Positions 13,001 through 25,526 of a stretch of DNA of 64,000 nucleotides are shown one piece after another. The stretch comes from Octopus bimaculoides (taxonomy: Eukaryota). The DNA lies in contig NC_068997.1 in NCBI RefSeq assembly GCF_001194135.2, positions 47,567,390 through 47,631,389 of the forward strand, in the 5' to 3' direction. Both the position numbers and the translations under genes were made by a program. Position 1 is the first letter of the stretch; each line of letters starts with the position of its first letter. The notes beneath the pieces were generated by a model that was not told the origin of the DNA, ran no database searches, and saw nothing but the letters and a program-made list of their open reading frames with translations.

Positions 13001-16000
13001 TACCTAGTTGATAGATCTGCTAGAAATAGCAGCTGAGTTTCTCTCAGATCTTAAAAAGAGATGAAATGACACAATAGCCAAAATAGTCCTCGATTATATG
13101 AAGAGGTGGGCTGATTATGGTGAGGTTGTTTTTAATCACAGGTTTGTCTTGAAGAGTAGGGTGGAGAAAAGCCACCGTCACCACCAAGTCAAGTGAATAT
13201 TGATGTAGATGCCAGAAACATGATGTCATGTCAACCGAGTTTATTTTGGCAATAGTAACACTGTAGCGTTAGCAATGAGACTGCACAGATTAAAAATTAA
13301 ACAAAACATTAACAACATGACCTAACAGCAGCAACACTTGGTGGTTATTAGAAATAAGGTTATCAATAAAACTAATTATTGTTAAAAAATTAATAATTGA
13401 CTATCATTACATCATTGCAACTTAATTAACACATTGATTTTAATTAACTCTTTCATTACCATATTTCTATTGAAATACATTGCTTGCTTTCCTTTTTTTT
13501 TTTTTTTTTTNNNNNNNNNNTTTTTTTTTTTTCTGAATTCGTTTGGAAGATAATCAAGAATTTGGAACAAATTAGTAAAATAACTTTGCCATTATTTATC
13601 TACTTTTTGGAACATTGCAAAAGAAGTGGGTTGCATAAATTTACTATTCAAATAAAAATTTAGATAAGAAGTTTTAGTATCCTAGAACCAGAGGTAATCT
13701 TAGATGAGTTGTTATCAAAACGGTACATATATCACAGAAGCACTGCACAATAAACAGGAGGGGGAAAAGGAAAAAAACAACACCTACCCATTTGGTATAA
13801 AGGAGAATGCCTTTCTGACGCAATGTCAACTGAAGAATGTTATTGGAACGAAGTACAACTTCCACAATATCTTCAAACCTACAAATAATCAAGACACAAC
13901 ACTGAATCCATCTCATAGAATTGATTAAGGCTTTAGATGGAGCCACCATAACTAGTTTGACCCCTTTACAGTTTCTTAATATGGTGAATGACTTTAGTCC
14001 CCTGCCCCACTGTGATTCAGGTTTGTGCCCTGCTGGGTGTGTGAGATTAACCTCATTGGCTAATCTCATATATCCTGCATAAAAATTAGATAAGAAAGCA
14101 AGACATTGTGATCCATAAATGTTATCTTCAGTTTCCAATCAATAAATTATCTTTTTATATAAATCTAATGAGTTTTTGAAAAATTACTTACTTAAAGGCT
14201 TCGACAACGCTCAGCTGGTCATCTAGGAATGACTGTTCTCGAGCAACCATATAAACTCCACTGTGACTTACTCCAATGTACTTCACACTTGAATAGCTAC
14301 CAGGGCACTGTAAAAAAATGAAGCAAGTATAGTTATTAGTTTAACGGTTATTTTAGATATAATTTTTTTAAATTTAAAATTTTTTTTTTGCTATTGTCTC
14401 AATCTGAAGTGAGATTGATGCAATTGATGTTCCTCTTAATGTTTTTATTATATTTCTTTTGAAATGCACAGCTTTGTTTCAAATAATTTTGAAAATAACA
14501 AACAGTTTATTATAATAATTTTGTTCTTATTAAGCTTGTGTTTGAAAAATAATTTAGCATGAAATTATGATGGAAGACTTTAACCCATAAAGTGCTGGGA
14601 TTTGCACTTACATAGCTAGGACTGCTGAGCACAAGAGGGTTACTCATTTTTGCCAGCTGAGGGGACTGGAGCAACATGAAATGAAGTGCTTTGCTCAAGA
14701 ATACAACACATCACCCAGTCAAGGAATCGAAACCACAATCTTATGACTAAGAGTAACCCTGTGATGGATTTTCATCCTGTCCAGGTGGAGAATATTTACA
14801 CCATAAAACCAGAAAACCAGCCATTATGAATCGGTGTAATTTGAAATGGTAGCTTTACCTTTTGTTTTTACCTTCATAGATATTCGGCCTCTAAAAAATT
14901 CTATTGTATTTTTACGATTAAATATTGCTAGGAACTGTATAAAAAAAGTTTTTTTTATCATTTTATGTATTATAAAAATATAACCAATTTATTGGAGATA
15001 AATTTTCACTACAAAATCTTTTATGGGTCTCCAATGCCATACAGACCATCAAGGGCCATATAGACACTGGTTGAAAACCACTGATTTACAATAACATTGT
15101 TAACCTATTAAAATTTAAAACATATCTCTATTCTTTGTGAGAACGTCTTCAGTATAACAACATCTAGTTGGTTCTACATACCGCTGCAGGGTAGAGCCTG
15201 CAGAAATAAGTTGGCCATTCTTTAGCTGTATCCACAATGATTCTCTTCAATTGCTCTCGTAATGATAGTGTCAGGAAATTTCTTTGAGTCACGCCATGGC
15301 TTTCTGAAAGTATTAAATAAAACAGAATGATTTTATTGACAGTGAGAGGATGTCAAAATCAAAATAATTTGTCAGAACAAGGCATTTACTGTCTGTTTTC
15401 AATATCTCAAATTTCTCTATGCACAGGCATGGCTGTGTGGTTAAGAAGCTTGCTTTGCAGTCACATAGATTTGGGATCAGTCTCACTGTACAGCTCCTTG
15501 AGCAAGTGTCTTCTATTATGGCCTGAAGTTGACCAATTCTTTGTGAGTGAATTTGATAGACAGAAACTGTTTGGAAACCCATCACATATATATATATGTG
15601 TGTGTATGGCTTTGTGTTTGTCCCTGTCATTGCTTGAGAACTGGTGTTGGTTTGTTTACGTCCTTGTGACTTGGTGGTTCAGCAAAAAAAAACTGACAGA
15701 ATAAGTAACAAACTTTAAAAAAAAAAGTATTGAGGTCAATTTGTCCGACTGAATTCTACAAAATAGTGTTCCAGCATAGCCACAATCCAATGACTTGAGA
15801 CATGCAAAGGATAAGAAATATCCCCCTTTTAGTACTTCATGTTAAGGCTATGGAAATGAGGAACCAATGTCTGTTACTTAAGAGAAATCTCACAGATCTG
15901 CATAATTAAAATTGGTGAGGAATTATTGAAGAGAACTAGAAGTATTGTACATTATAGCTTGGCAGGGACACAGTTGAAGAGAGGCAGGAAATTCTACAAT

Positions 16001-19000
16001 AATGGTCTGGCAATGAAGACATATGTTTCATGGTGTTGCTGCTGTTTAGGCTCTGTTCAGCCCTAATCAAGCAGAACTATAATCAAAGACATTCCAACCA
16101 TGACTATCCAAATTTTTACAGTCAAAATGTCATAATTAGGACTATATACACTTCCTGTTTTTGTAAGACAGTAGCTTGTAATCCGAGGGAAATTTGGCTG
16201 CTATTTCTAGCATATTTGGTGTATTATGATGTGAATTTGACAAAACAGAGGATGAATACAATTAATTTTTGACTGAAGATAGGACAACTTTGTTTTTGCT
16301 TTTTTTCTTTTCAAAGGCTCAGTCAGAGGGAGAAAAAAGGGCTGTACTTAGACCCCCTTTTTCTTAAGGTTTCCATGAAAATGGGAGAAACTTATTTTCT
16401 CAAAAGAGATCTGGCCTAAAGGTTTACAACAGACTGTTCATGGCATCCAATGGCCTTGTGGTGGGTATTAAATCCAGACAATGGATGAGATTTATTCTTC
16501 AAGAATATAAAGAGTCTTCCAACAGACTCTCACATTATTTCTGTCTATCATGTGTCACTGACAAAGTTTTGGTTGAACCCTATGCCTATAATAGAGCCCA
16601 TATGCCTATAATAAGAGGCACTTGTCCAAGGTGCCATGCTGTAGAAATGAACGCCAAACTTCTGAGATGATAGTGGATTTCTTATTAACAACATTATCCT
16701 ACATGGGAAGTATTTTTGTGTGTTTTCATTGGGGTGAACTCAGTGCTACAACCAGAGGCAGCCCTTGGTTTTGTCCCAGAGCCATCTCAGCAGACTCGTG
16801 GAGGCCCTGGGCAACTACCCAGTGTGCCATGCCTGAAGATGGCATTGTTTTGTCCCCACCTCCACACCAGCTTATATAGCAGAATGAAAAGTGCTGCCAT
16901 CTTGAAAGCATCACCTGGGGTGGACTGTTCCACTCTTACTAGCTACAGACTGCTGGGTGCACTTAATACTCACCTAATAAACTGCGCATCTTTACACGTT
17001 GGTCTTTGTTAATGCGGATGCAGCCTGCATTAAAGACATCTCTTGCCACTTGACAAAATACAAGGTTTAAAATTGCTGCATAATCCAACTTTTCTCTGGG
17101 AGAAAATACCTATAATAAAAGATTAATAGAAATACTTGTAATTAATTGAGTAGAGTTACAGGACAGTGGATTGGGAAAAAAATCATGAGAACATTGGCTG
17201 AAATGCAGTGTGGTATTCCTTCTGGCTTTTTATGTTTCCAAGTTCAAATCTTGCTGAGGTCAATGTTGCTTTTCATCCATTTGGACTCAATGGTATGAGG
17301 TAATCTTCTTAAACTGCTGGCCTTGTGCCCAAATTAGAAACAATTAACTTGAGTTATGTTAATTTGTTTGTTGAAGTTATACACAAAATGTCACAGACTC
17401 TCATTAGATTCATTAATCCAGGTTGGCTTTGGCTGATGAGACACAACAAAGTTGAAATTTTCTTCCATAACAAGTCAACTCTGAAGAGTGCCGGGTTACA
17501 TAATCGGGCCGTTATCTGACATCCTGTGGAATCCCTCAGTGTGAAACCAACTGGTAAGATTGGTGTAATGGATATATAATAATGTACTCTTCGATTAGTG
17601 TGTGTATGTATATATATACATACTTTTGTGCCTTTTCCAACTTTATTGACTTTTTTAACCATAATTTTTGATTTGTATGGACTCTTAAACCCCTTTTCAT
17701 ATATATATATATATATATGCACACACGCACACACACACACACACACATAGATACATGTATGTGTCAGGATGTCTCCTTGTCTTAACATGGCATGAAAGTT
17801 ATAAATGAATGTCAACATCATGCAAGAGATGTCCTTCATTTCCAATCTTCTGTAAGACATGGCTGGCCATGTTTCACATGTATTCCTTCCCCATGGATGG
17901 GTGAGGGTTGGTAACAGGAAGGGTTCTGACCATAAAACTTTTTGCCTCAACAAATTTTGTCTGACCCATGCATGCATAATAAAGTGAATGCTAACAAAGA
18001 AACAAAATATATAAGTAGACATGAAATTCATCATCCATGCATCTGCTGTCCATTTTCCTGTGTTTATATTGTCAAAATTATTAAGTTTTTTAGTCTTCAG
18101 ATTAATCCATATGGATCGAGCAAAGTTGTTGTTGTTTGATCTACAGTTATAACAATGCATGAGTCAACTACAAATGACCTTTGAATATTGGTGTCACTGC
18201 ACAGAGAAAAAAAAACATGGCCTACAGGCGAAATAACTCTTGTTAAACTGGTTTCATTTTCTTTGATGGAAAAGAAGTAGATTTTCCATCTTGTTTTGTT
18301 TATAATATTATAACATCATATTCTCTGACTGATAGAGTCTTCCCTGCTACATCTTCTCCATGTCAAGATATATTAGTTTTAGCTAATTAAATCAAATAAG
18401 TTTTAAGTTTTGCTTAAATGATGTATTCTCATTTTGAAAGCCCTCTTCTCACTTTGAAGTGCAATGTGCTAGCTTAAAATTACAAATACTGATGTTTCTT
18501 CAGATTCTGATATTGGAATGAATAAATAAACACTCTAAGCAAAATATCTTACTTCTTTCCTCAAGCGTAGGGTGCAAGGTATGTCCTGGTAGGTAAGAAA
18601 GAGTTCTTTGACTTGAGGATAAAGTTTGGTCTTGGCATTCTCCAAGGCAGTTGTATCCATCACTTCAGACATCATTGATTCAGTTGTAAGGGAAGAAGTT
18701 GATGGTAATGGAGGTGCTTTTGGGATTTCATTGTAATCTGTATCTAAAATGAAACAGAAATAACAATTATCAAACATCTAAAGTTTTCTACGAAACTTTA
18801 TTAATGCAACAGAATGTAGGCAAACTCTTTATTCTGAGCAGAATTTCCATTCGAATAAGAATTATAGTTTAGCAATTGAGGTGCAACATCAATTTTTCTG
18901 GAATCTTTGCTTCCAAAGCCCTTCCAGGTTACTGATTTTTCCAAACCAAGGGCAGTCACCTCTAGTTAATACACTCTAAATTAAACAAATATTAAATATT

Positions 19001-20279
19001 CTATTTTGTGTCCAACTTGGTCAGATCCAGCCTCTCACACCTAGCCTACAATGTCATTCTAAACATAAACAGCTCATCATTGAAGTCTTGAACGTATAAG
19101 ATAATGAACGATTAATTTGCATGGCTTAGTGATTGGAGCATCGTGCTCACAATCATGAGGGAGTTAGTTCAATTTCCAGACCAGGCAGTATGTTGTGCTC
19201 TTGAGCAAGATGCTTTATTTCACATTGCTCCTGTTCACTGAGCTGTAGTAATGAGTTGTGATGTCACTGGTGCTAAGCTGTACCAGCCTTTACTTTTCCC
19301 TTGGATAACATTGGTGGCATAGAACGGAAGGTTGGTATGCATGGGCAGTTGCTGGACTTGTGCCTCGGAGGGGAAACTTTCTAGGTGCAATGCTATGGTC
19401 ATTCAAGACCGAAGGGGGTTTTACCCTCTAATTTAAAACAATGTGAATAAATTAACATTATATTTGATAGAATAATCCAAATGCTAAAGAGTGATACTTG
19501 ATATTTTTTGCTGTTATGTCTTGTCACTAAAACAAGGGCAAAAGTGGCAGTTTTGAAAAGAAGAGATGGAAACAATGGCTACAAAAGGGAATACTTACAT
19601 TGTACAGCTTCTGTTGTTGTTTCTACTTCAGTGTCATCATAAGTTGCTGAGTTATCTGTTTGAACAACAGCGGCTGATAGTTTCTTCTCAAGCATCCGCA
19701 TTGTGGCCAGGTGAGGTGTGTTAGCCAGAGATTGTGACATTTTCTGCGTACAAGGATGGTGAAGTTAGAAAACAATACAGAAGACATGGATTACAACAAT
19801 GGTTATTTAAAATCAAATGAAATCAATAAAGTGATTACAACAGGGGAGGAGAAAGGAGATTTGGGTTCTGTCTGTTCAGAAGAGCAGTGACTCTGAATAA
19901 AAACAGCTTCAAAGTAGGATAATCTTTAGTCCTGCTTTAGCATGATCGTAGTGCTGATGACGGGATCAGCTGCACCAAGTCCATAGTGTAAAGTCATAGA
20001 GAATAGGAGAGGCATCCAAGCGGCCCATAACAATCATAATAATTCTTTCTACTGTAGGCACAAGGCTTGAAGTATGGGAGAGAGGGTTAGTCGATTACAT
20101 CGACCCCAGCACTCAACTGGTACTTATTTTATCGACCCTGAAAGGGTTGAAAGGCAAAGTCAACCCCAGTGGAACTGGAACTCAAAATGTAAAGATGGAT
20201 AAAACATTGCAAGGCATTTCGCCCAGCATACTGATGATTCTGCCAGCTCACCACATGATGATGGTGATGAAGAAGAAGA

Positions 20280-20317
<38 letters not shown>

Positions 20318-20980
20318 GGATAGAAAAGACAGGGAAGCACTTTGCAAACTGTCGAGAAGAGCAGTCTGTCTGAATGATAACTCTTGAGTTTCAGTGGCAC
20401 AATAAAATGCATCATTAGTCTATGTGATAAGATGGTTGATTATAAAAAATATATAGCTACAAAAACCATGAATCACATAAAAAAAACATGGCATAAACTA
20501 CATAAAAAATATTGGCATTTTTCTCTACTACTATAAATGCCAGATTATGAAAGATTATAACATATAGCAAAACATTGCTGAAACAGGCCCCATTCCAGCA
20601 TTGAAACATAGACATGTGATGATGATAATGATGGGGGTGGGGAAAGAAGTTAAAATAACAGTGAGGAGGTTTGGTGTGTCAAAATAATACAAATAAAATG
20701 TCATTAGCCTCAAGAGAAAAGTTAAGAAGTTGGCAGCATGGTTTAATGATAACAAACTTTAACCTCTTTCAGTTGCTAAGTCTTGACTTAGATGTGTTAA
20801 AATTTGCAAGACACGCAAACAGGATTTGAGTTCACAGTAAGAACATGGATAATCTTTTGGATTCCTTGTATCACCTGAAGAGTGCTGATGACGGGATCTG
20901 TCAAAGTGAATCAGTAGCTTCGAAGGAATAAATAGACTCTGCTATGTGCAGCACAACTCTCCCAGGTGTACAGCCATAGC

Positions 20981-21014
<34 letters not shown>

Positions 21015-24000
21015 TTTGAAAGTTGAAACTTTAGAGGGAGTTACTGTGACAAGTGGCAAACACATAATTCAATGGAAGTTCTTTAGGTTTTAGGAACAAA
21101 TATTTACACATTTATTACCAAATATTCAACACAATAAGCACAGGCATGACTGTGTGGTAAGAAATTTGCTTCCCAGCCACATAGTTCCGGGTTCAGTCCC
21201 ATTGTGTGGTACCTTGAGCAAATGTCTTCTGTTATAGCCTCAGACTGACCAAAGCTTTCTGAATGGCTTCGGTAAACAGAAAATGGAAAAAGCCCATAGT
21301 GTATGCATGTGTGTCTGTCTGTCTGTCTGTTTCTCTGTCTTTGTGTCTGTGTTTGTCCCCCACACCACTTCACAACCAGTGTTAGTGTGTTTACATCCCT
21401 GTAACTTAGTGGTTCAGCAAAGAGACCAATAGCATAAGTTCTAGGCTTAAAAGAAAGAATCAGTAGTAGGGCTGATACATTCAACTAGAAATTCTTCAAG
21501 GCTGGGCCCCAACATGGCTGCAGACTAATGATTAAAACAAATAAAAGTTGAAAGCTCACTCAGTTGGCATTATCTGTGTATGTGTGTGAGTCTGTGCATG
21601 TGTATTTGTTGGCAGATTATGGATTAAGATCTCATAAACTGGTTCATTAATGGTATTATTTCAGAAAAATAGAGATCAATAAAATAAGTGTCGGACAAAG
21701 TATGGCGCTGAGATAATTGCCTAAGAAACCACTAGTTATGGCTAGGCAGCAGTCTAATGACTGAAGCTTGAAAAAGAAAAGAGGATAATAAAAGAGGATA
21801 ATAATTGGTCTCTTTGCCAAACCACAAAGTTCCAACAGCTGTTGATGTACAGAGCTAATTAAAAGTTAGCCGTCTTGATTGTTACTTGTAGAGTTGAAAC
21901 AACTACAAGTGGGAGGTTTTGGTTAGAAATTGCTTGGATAATCTCAGCTGACTGAAGTTGTTCAATCCATCTTATTAGATATGTGACATCTTAATTTATG
22001 GGGTAGATGTAGTGGAGTGAAGACAAGTAGTGGTGGTGGTGGTGGTGGTGGTAAATAAGGGAAAAATTAAGACAAAAAAGAGAAAGAAGTAAATGAAGAA
22101 AAAGAAGATGAAGAACAGGAGGAAAAAGAAGGTAATGAAAGAAGGAGGAGGTGAAGAAGAAGAAAAAGGCAAAGATGAAAAATGAAAAGAAAATTACAAA
22201 GAAAATGATGACATAGAAAGAGGAAGAAAAGGAAAAGAAGACAAAAACCCAAAGTAAGTTGAAGAAAATTCTTACCCTGTCTTTTTTAAGAGTGGTTTGG
22301 TTTCCCTCATCTTTGCTTTCTTTTGGCGGTGGTTGCCATTTCTTCTTTCCCCCTCCAATTTTTTTGTTGAACTCATTGGCAAGATTTTCATCAATCTCCA
22401 GCTTACCCACTTCAACAGTTTGTTTCTTGTACTCCTGGGCCGGTGGTGGCCATACCACTTTGCCAACGCGGACATGACGAACGGTTCCTTTGATGTCGGG
22501 AAATATCCCCGGAATGTTTTCCTCGGCAAAAATATCCTCTAGCGGTTGTGGTGGAGGAGGAGAAGGAGGAGGAGGGTGTACTTGTTGTTGTCGCTGCTGT
22601 TGTTGTTGTTGTGGTGGTGGTGATTGTCGTTCTACTGCAAAGGAAACATTGTTATGTTGTGTGCTCAGTAACGATGTTTCTGCAGGATTCACTACGTGCC
22701 CATTGACAGTTACCTCTTCTGATGTCTGTCGATGAACTGGGACTGATTTTGAGCTGACAAAGCTGTTTGTCTTTTTGACATTGTTGCTGGAGTTTTCCTT
22801 CATTTTTGTCACAAATGGTTTTACTTTATCAGAAGAAGACAAGAATTCTCTTCCAGCATCATCCTCATCTTCCTCGGTACTTCCGGCAGAGCCGTTACTT
22901 ATAAATGATGAGTGTCTTCCTTTAGGTGACTTTATGATGTAAGATGCTGAAATTTAAAAGAGCAGAATAGAATGAAATGAAATGAAAAATAAGCAAGTTA
23001 TTTATAATCCTTTCTACTATAGGCATAACGCCTGAAATTTTGGGGGTTGATACATCGATTATATCGACCCCAGTATCCAACTGGTACTTATTTCATTGAC
23101 CCTGGTGGAATTTGAACTCAGAATATAAAGATGGATGAAGTGCTGCTAAGCATTTTGTCTGGCATGCTAACGATTCTGCCAGCTCACTGCCTTAAGCAAG
23201 TTAGATATAATATAAGTCCTTAATTATTACCTTCGCCTTAGAAAAGGCGGAGGTATTGTTTTCAGTTGTGTTTGTTGCTTGTCCATGGACAAGATATCTC
23301 AAGAACCACAAGATGGATTCGGATGAAACTTTCAAGGATGTTTGGCCTCATGACCGACACAAACTGATTAGATTCCTGTTTTTTTTTACTTAATTTTTGA
23401 GAGTGGTGGGGTTATTTTTAGTATTCTCGTTTGTGTCAGCAGTCAAGTTTATTTCAGATATTCTCATTTTAAAAATCATCTCTGGCTAATCGTTGAGAGA
23501 AGGTTGGTGTTGCCTTGGCAGGGGTTTGCGCTCTCTGAGTGCTCTTGTTATTAGATTTTGGCTTTGCTTTAATTTACACAAGTTGCATCCATGTCTCAAC
23601 CACAGATATCAATGGACAAGAATTTTCATCTGAAGAGGCAAACAGGTAACAAGTCATACAATAAAAAAAATAACTAATGTATGTTTGTGTGTTCATAAAA
23701 GTTTAGCAAAATATCAGAATCATTATCACACTGGACAAAATGCTTTGTGGCAATTCATCTGGTTCTTTATGTTCTGTGTTCAAATTCTGCTGAGGTCAAC
23801 TTTCCCTTTCATTCTTTTGGGGGTAAATAAAACAAATGCCAGTTGAGCACTGGGTTTGAAGTAATCAGCAAGCCCCTACTAACATAAATTTCAGGCCTTG
23901 TGCCTATAGTTGAAACTAGAAAGACTGCAAGCTGGCAGAGTTGTTAGTACACTGGACAAAATACTTTGCTGCGTTTCCTCCAGGTCTATGTTATGAGCAC

Positions 24001-25478
24001 AAATTTGGCCAAAGTTAACTTTGCTTTTCATCCTGAGAAGGTTGATAAAATAAGTACCAGTTGAGCACTGGGGGCCAATGTAATCAACTTGCCCCTCCTT
24101 CAAAAATTTCAGGCCTTGTGCTTATAACAGAAAGGATTATTATTATTATTATTATTATTATTATGTAGTAGTCTTATTTTTATCATGTACTTTCACTGCA
24201 TTACCGAGCGCAGCTCTGTGTGCCTTGGGTATGTGCTGTGGTTTGCTGTGATGCTTTTATTTTTACTGTATTGAAAGTGTTTTACATAGGATGTCTGCAA
24301 GTGCCTAGTAGTGTTATTTTCTGTATATTAAATATACTTGTAAGTCCTGGTGTCTTTGTTATGTATTTGTCTGAATGGTTTTTTTTTATCATATTTAATG
24401 CACCTGCTATTATTATTACCAGCTCCAGTCAAACTGACTAACCCATGCCAGCATGGAAAGCAGGCATCAAATGATGATGATGATGTCACAGTTGCACATG
24501 TCTTTGCATTGACACTGCTAAGGCAGCAGTAATGTTTGTGTATGTCCTGTTGCTGTTGTTGTTGGCATTCCGTCGCTTACGACGTCGAGGGTTTCAGTTG
24601 ATCCGATCAACGGAACAGCCTGCTCGTGAAATTAACGTGCAAGTGGCTGAGCACTCCACAGACACGTGTACTCTTAACGTAGTTCTCGGGGATATTCAGC
24701 GTGACACAGTGTAACAAGGCTGGCCCTTTGAATTACAGGCACAACAGAAACAGGAAGTAAGAGTGAGAGAAAGTTGTGGTGAAAGAGTACAGCAGGGTTC
24801 GCCACCATCCCCTGCCGGAGCCTCNNNNNNNNNNNNNNNNNNNNNNNNNNNNNNNNNNNNNNNNNNNNNNNNNNNNNNNNNNNNNNNNNNNNNNNNNNNN
24901 NNNNNNNNNNNNNNNNNNNNNNNNNNNNNNNNNNNNNNNNNNNNNNNNNNNNNNNNNNNNNNNNNNNNNNNNNNNNNNNNNNNNNNNNNNNNNNNNNNNN
25001 NNNNNNNNNNNNNNNNNNNNNNNNNNNNNNNNNNNNNNNNNNNNNNNNNNNNNNNNNNNNNNNNNATGATGATGATGATGATGATTATAACTGCATACCA
25101 ACACTGTTTCAGCTGTAAACAGGGTAGGTGGCCAGGAGGGATTGTCTATGTTCAGCTTGAGGAATGCAAGTAACTACAGCAATATCATTTATTGACTTGT
25201 GGGTGGGGCATAGTAATCTAGCTGGCTTATCTCATAGCAACATTGTATCCCTGTATGTTACAAACATAATATCTCATATAGAGGTGCAGGCATGGTTTGG
25301 TGGATACAGTATTTGCTTCATAACCCACATGGATTCAGGTTCCAGCCCATTTTTTGGCACCATGGGCCGACCAGTGATTTATGAGTGAAATTTAGGAGTT
25401 ACATATACTTTTTTTTTTAATAAGCTTGACTCAACTCCATATGACTTAAAATTTTGTGAGCATGTGGACATATCAAAA

Positions 25479-25526
<48 letters not shown>

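Noticed and set aside
17354-18160. 268-aa minus ORF and a possible integrase SDNGP fragment at about 17400-17540
   Set aside because: It runs through repeats and microsatellite; the SDNGP resemblance is too short and broken by stops to call.
20883-20935. SECIS element or C/D snoRNA at the TGATGA motif
   Set aside because: Helix II does not pair, there is no matching D box or terminal stem, and it is antisense to the host gene.
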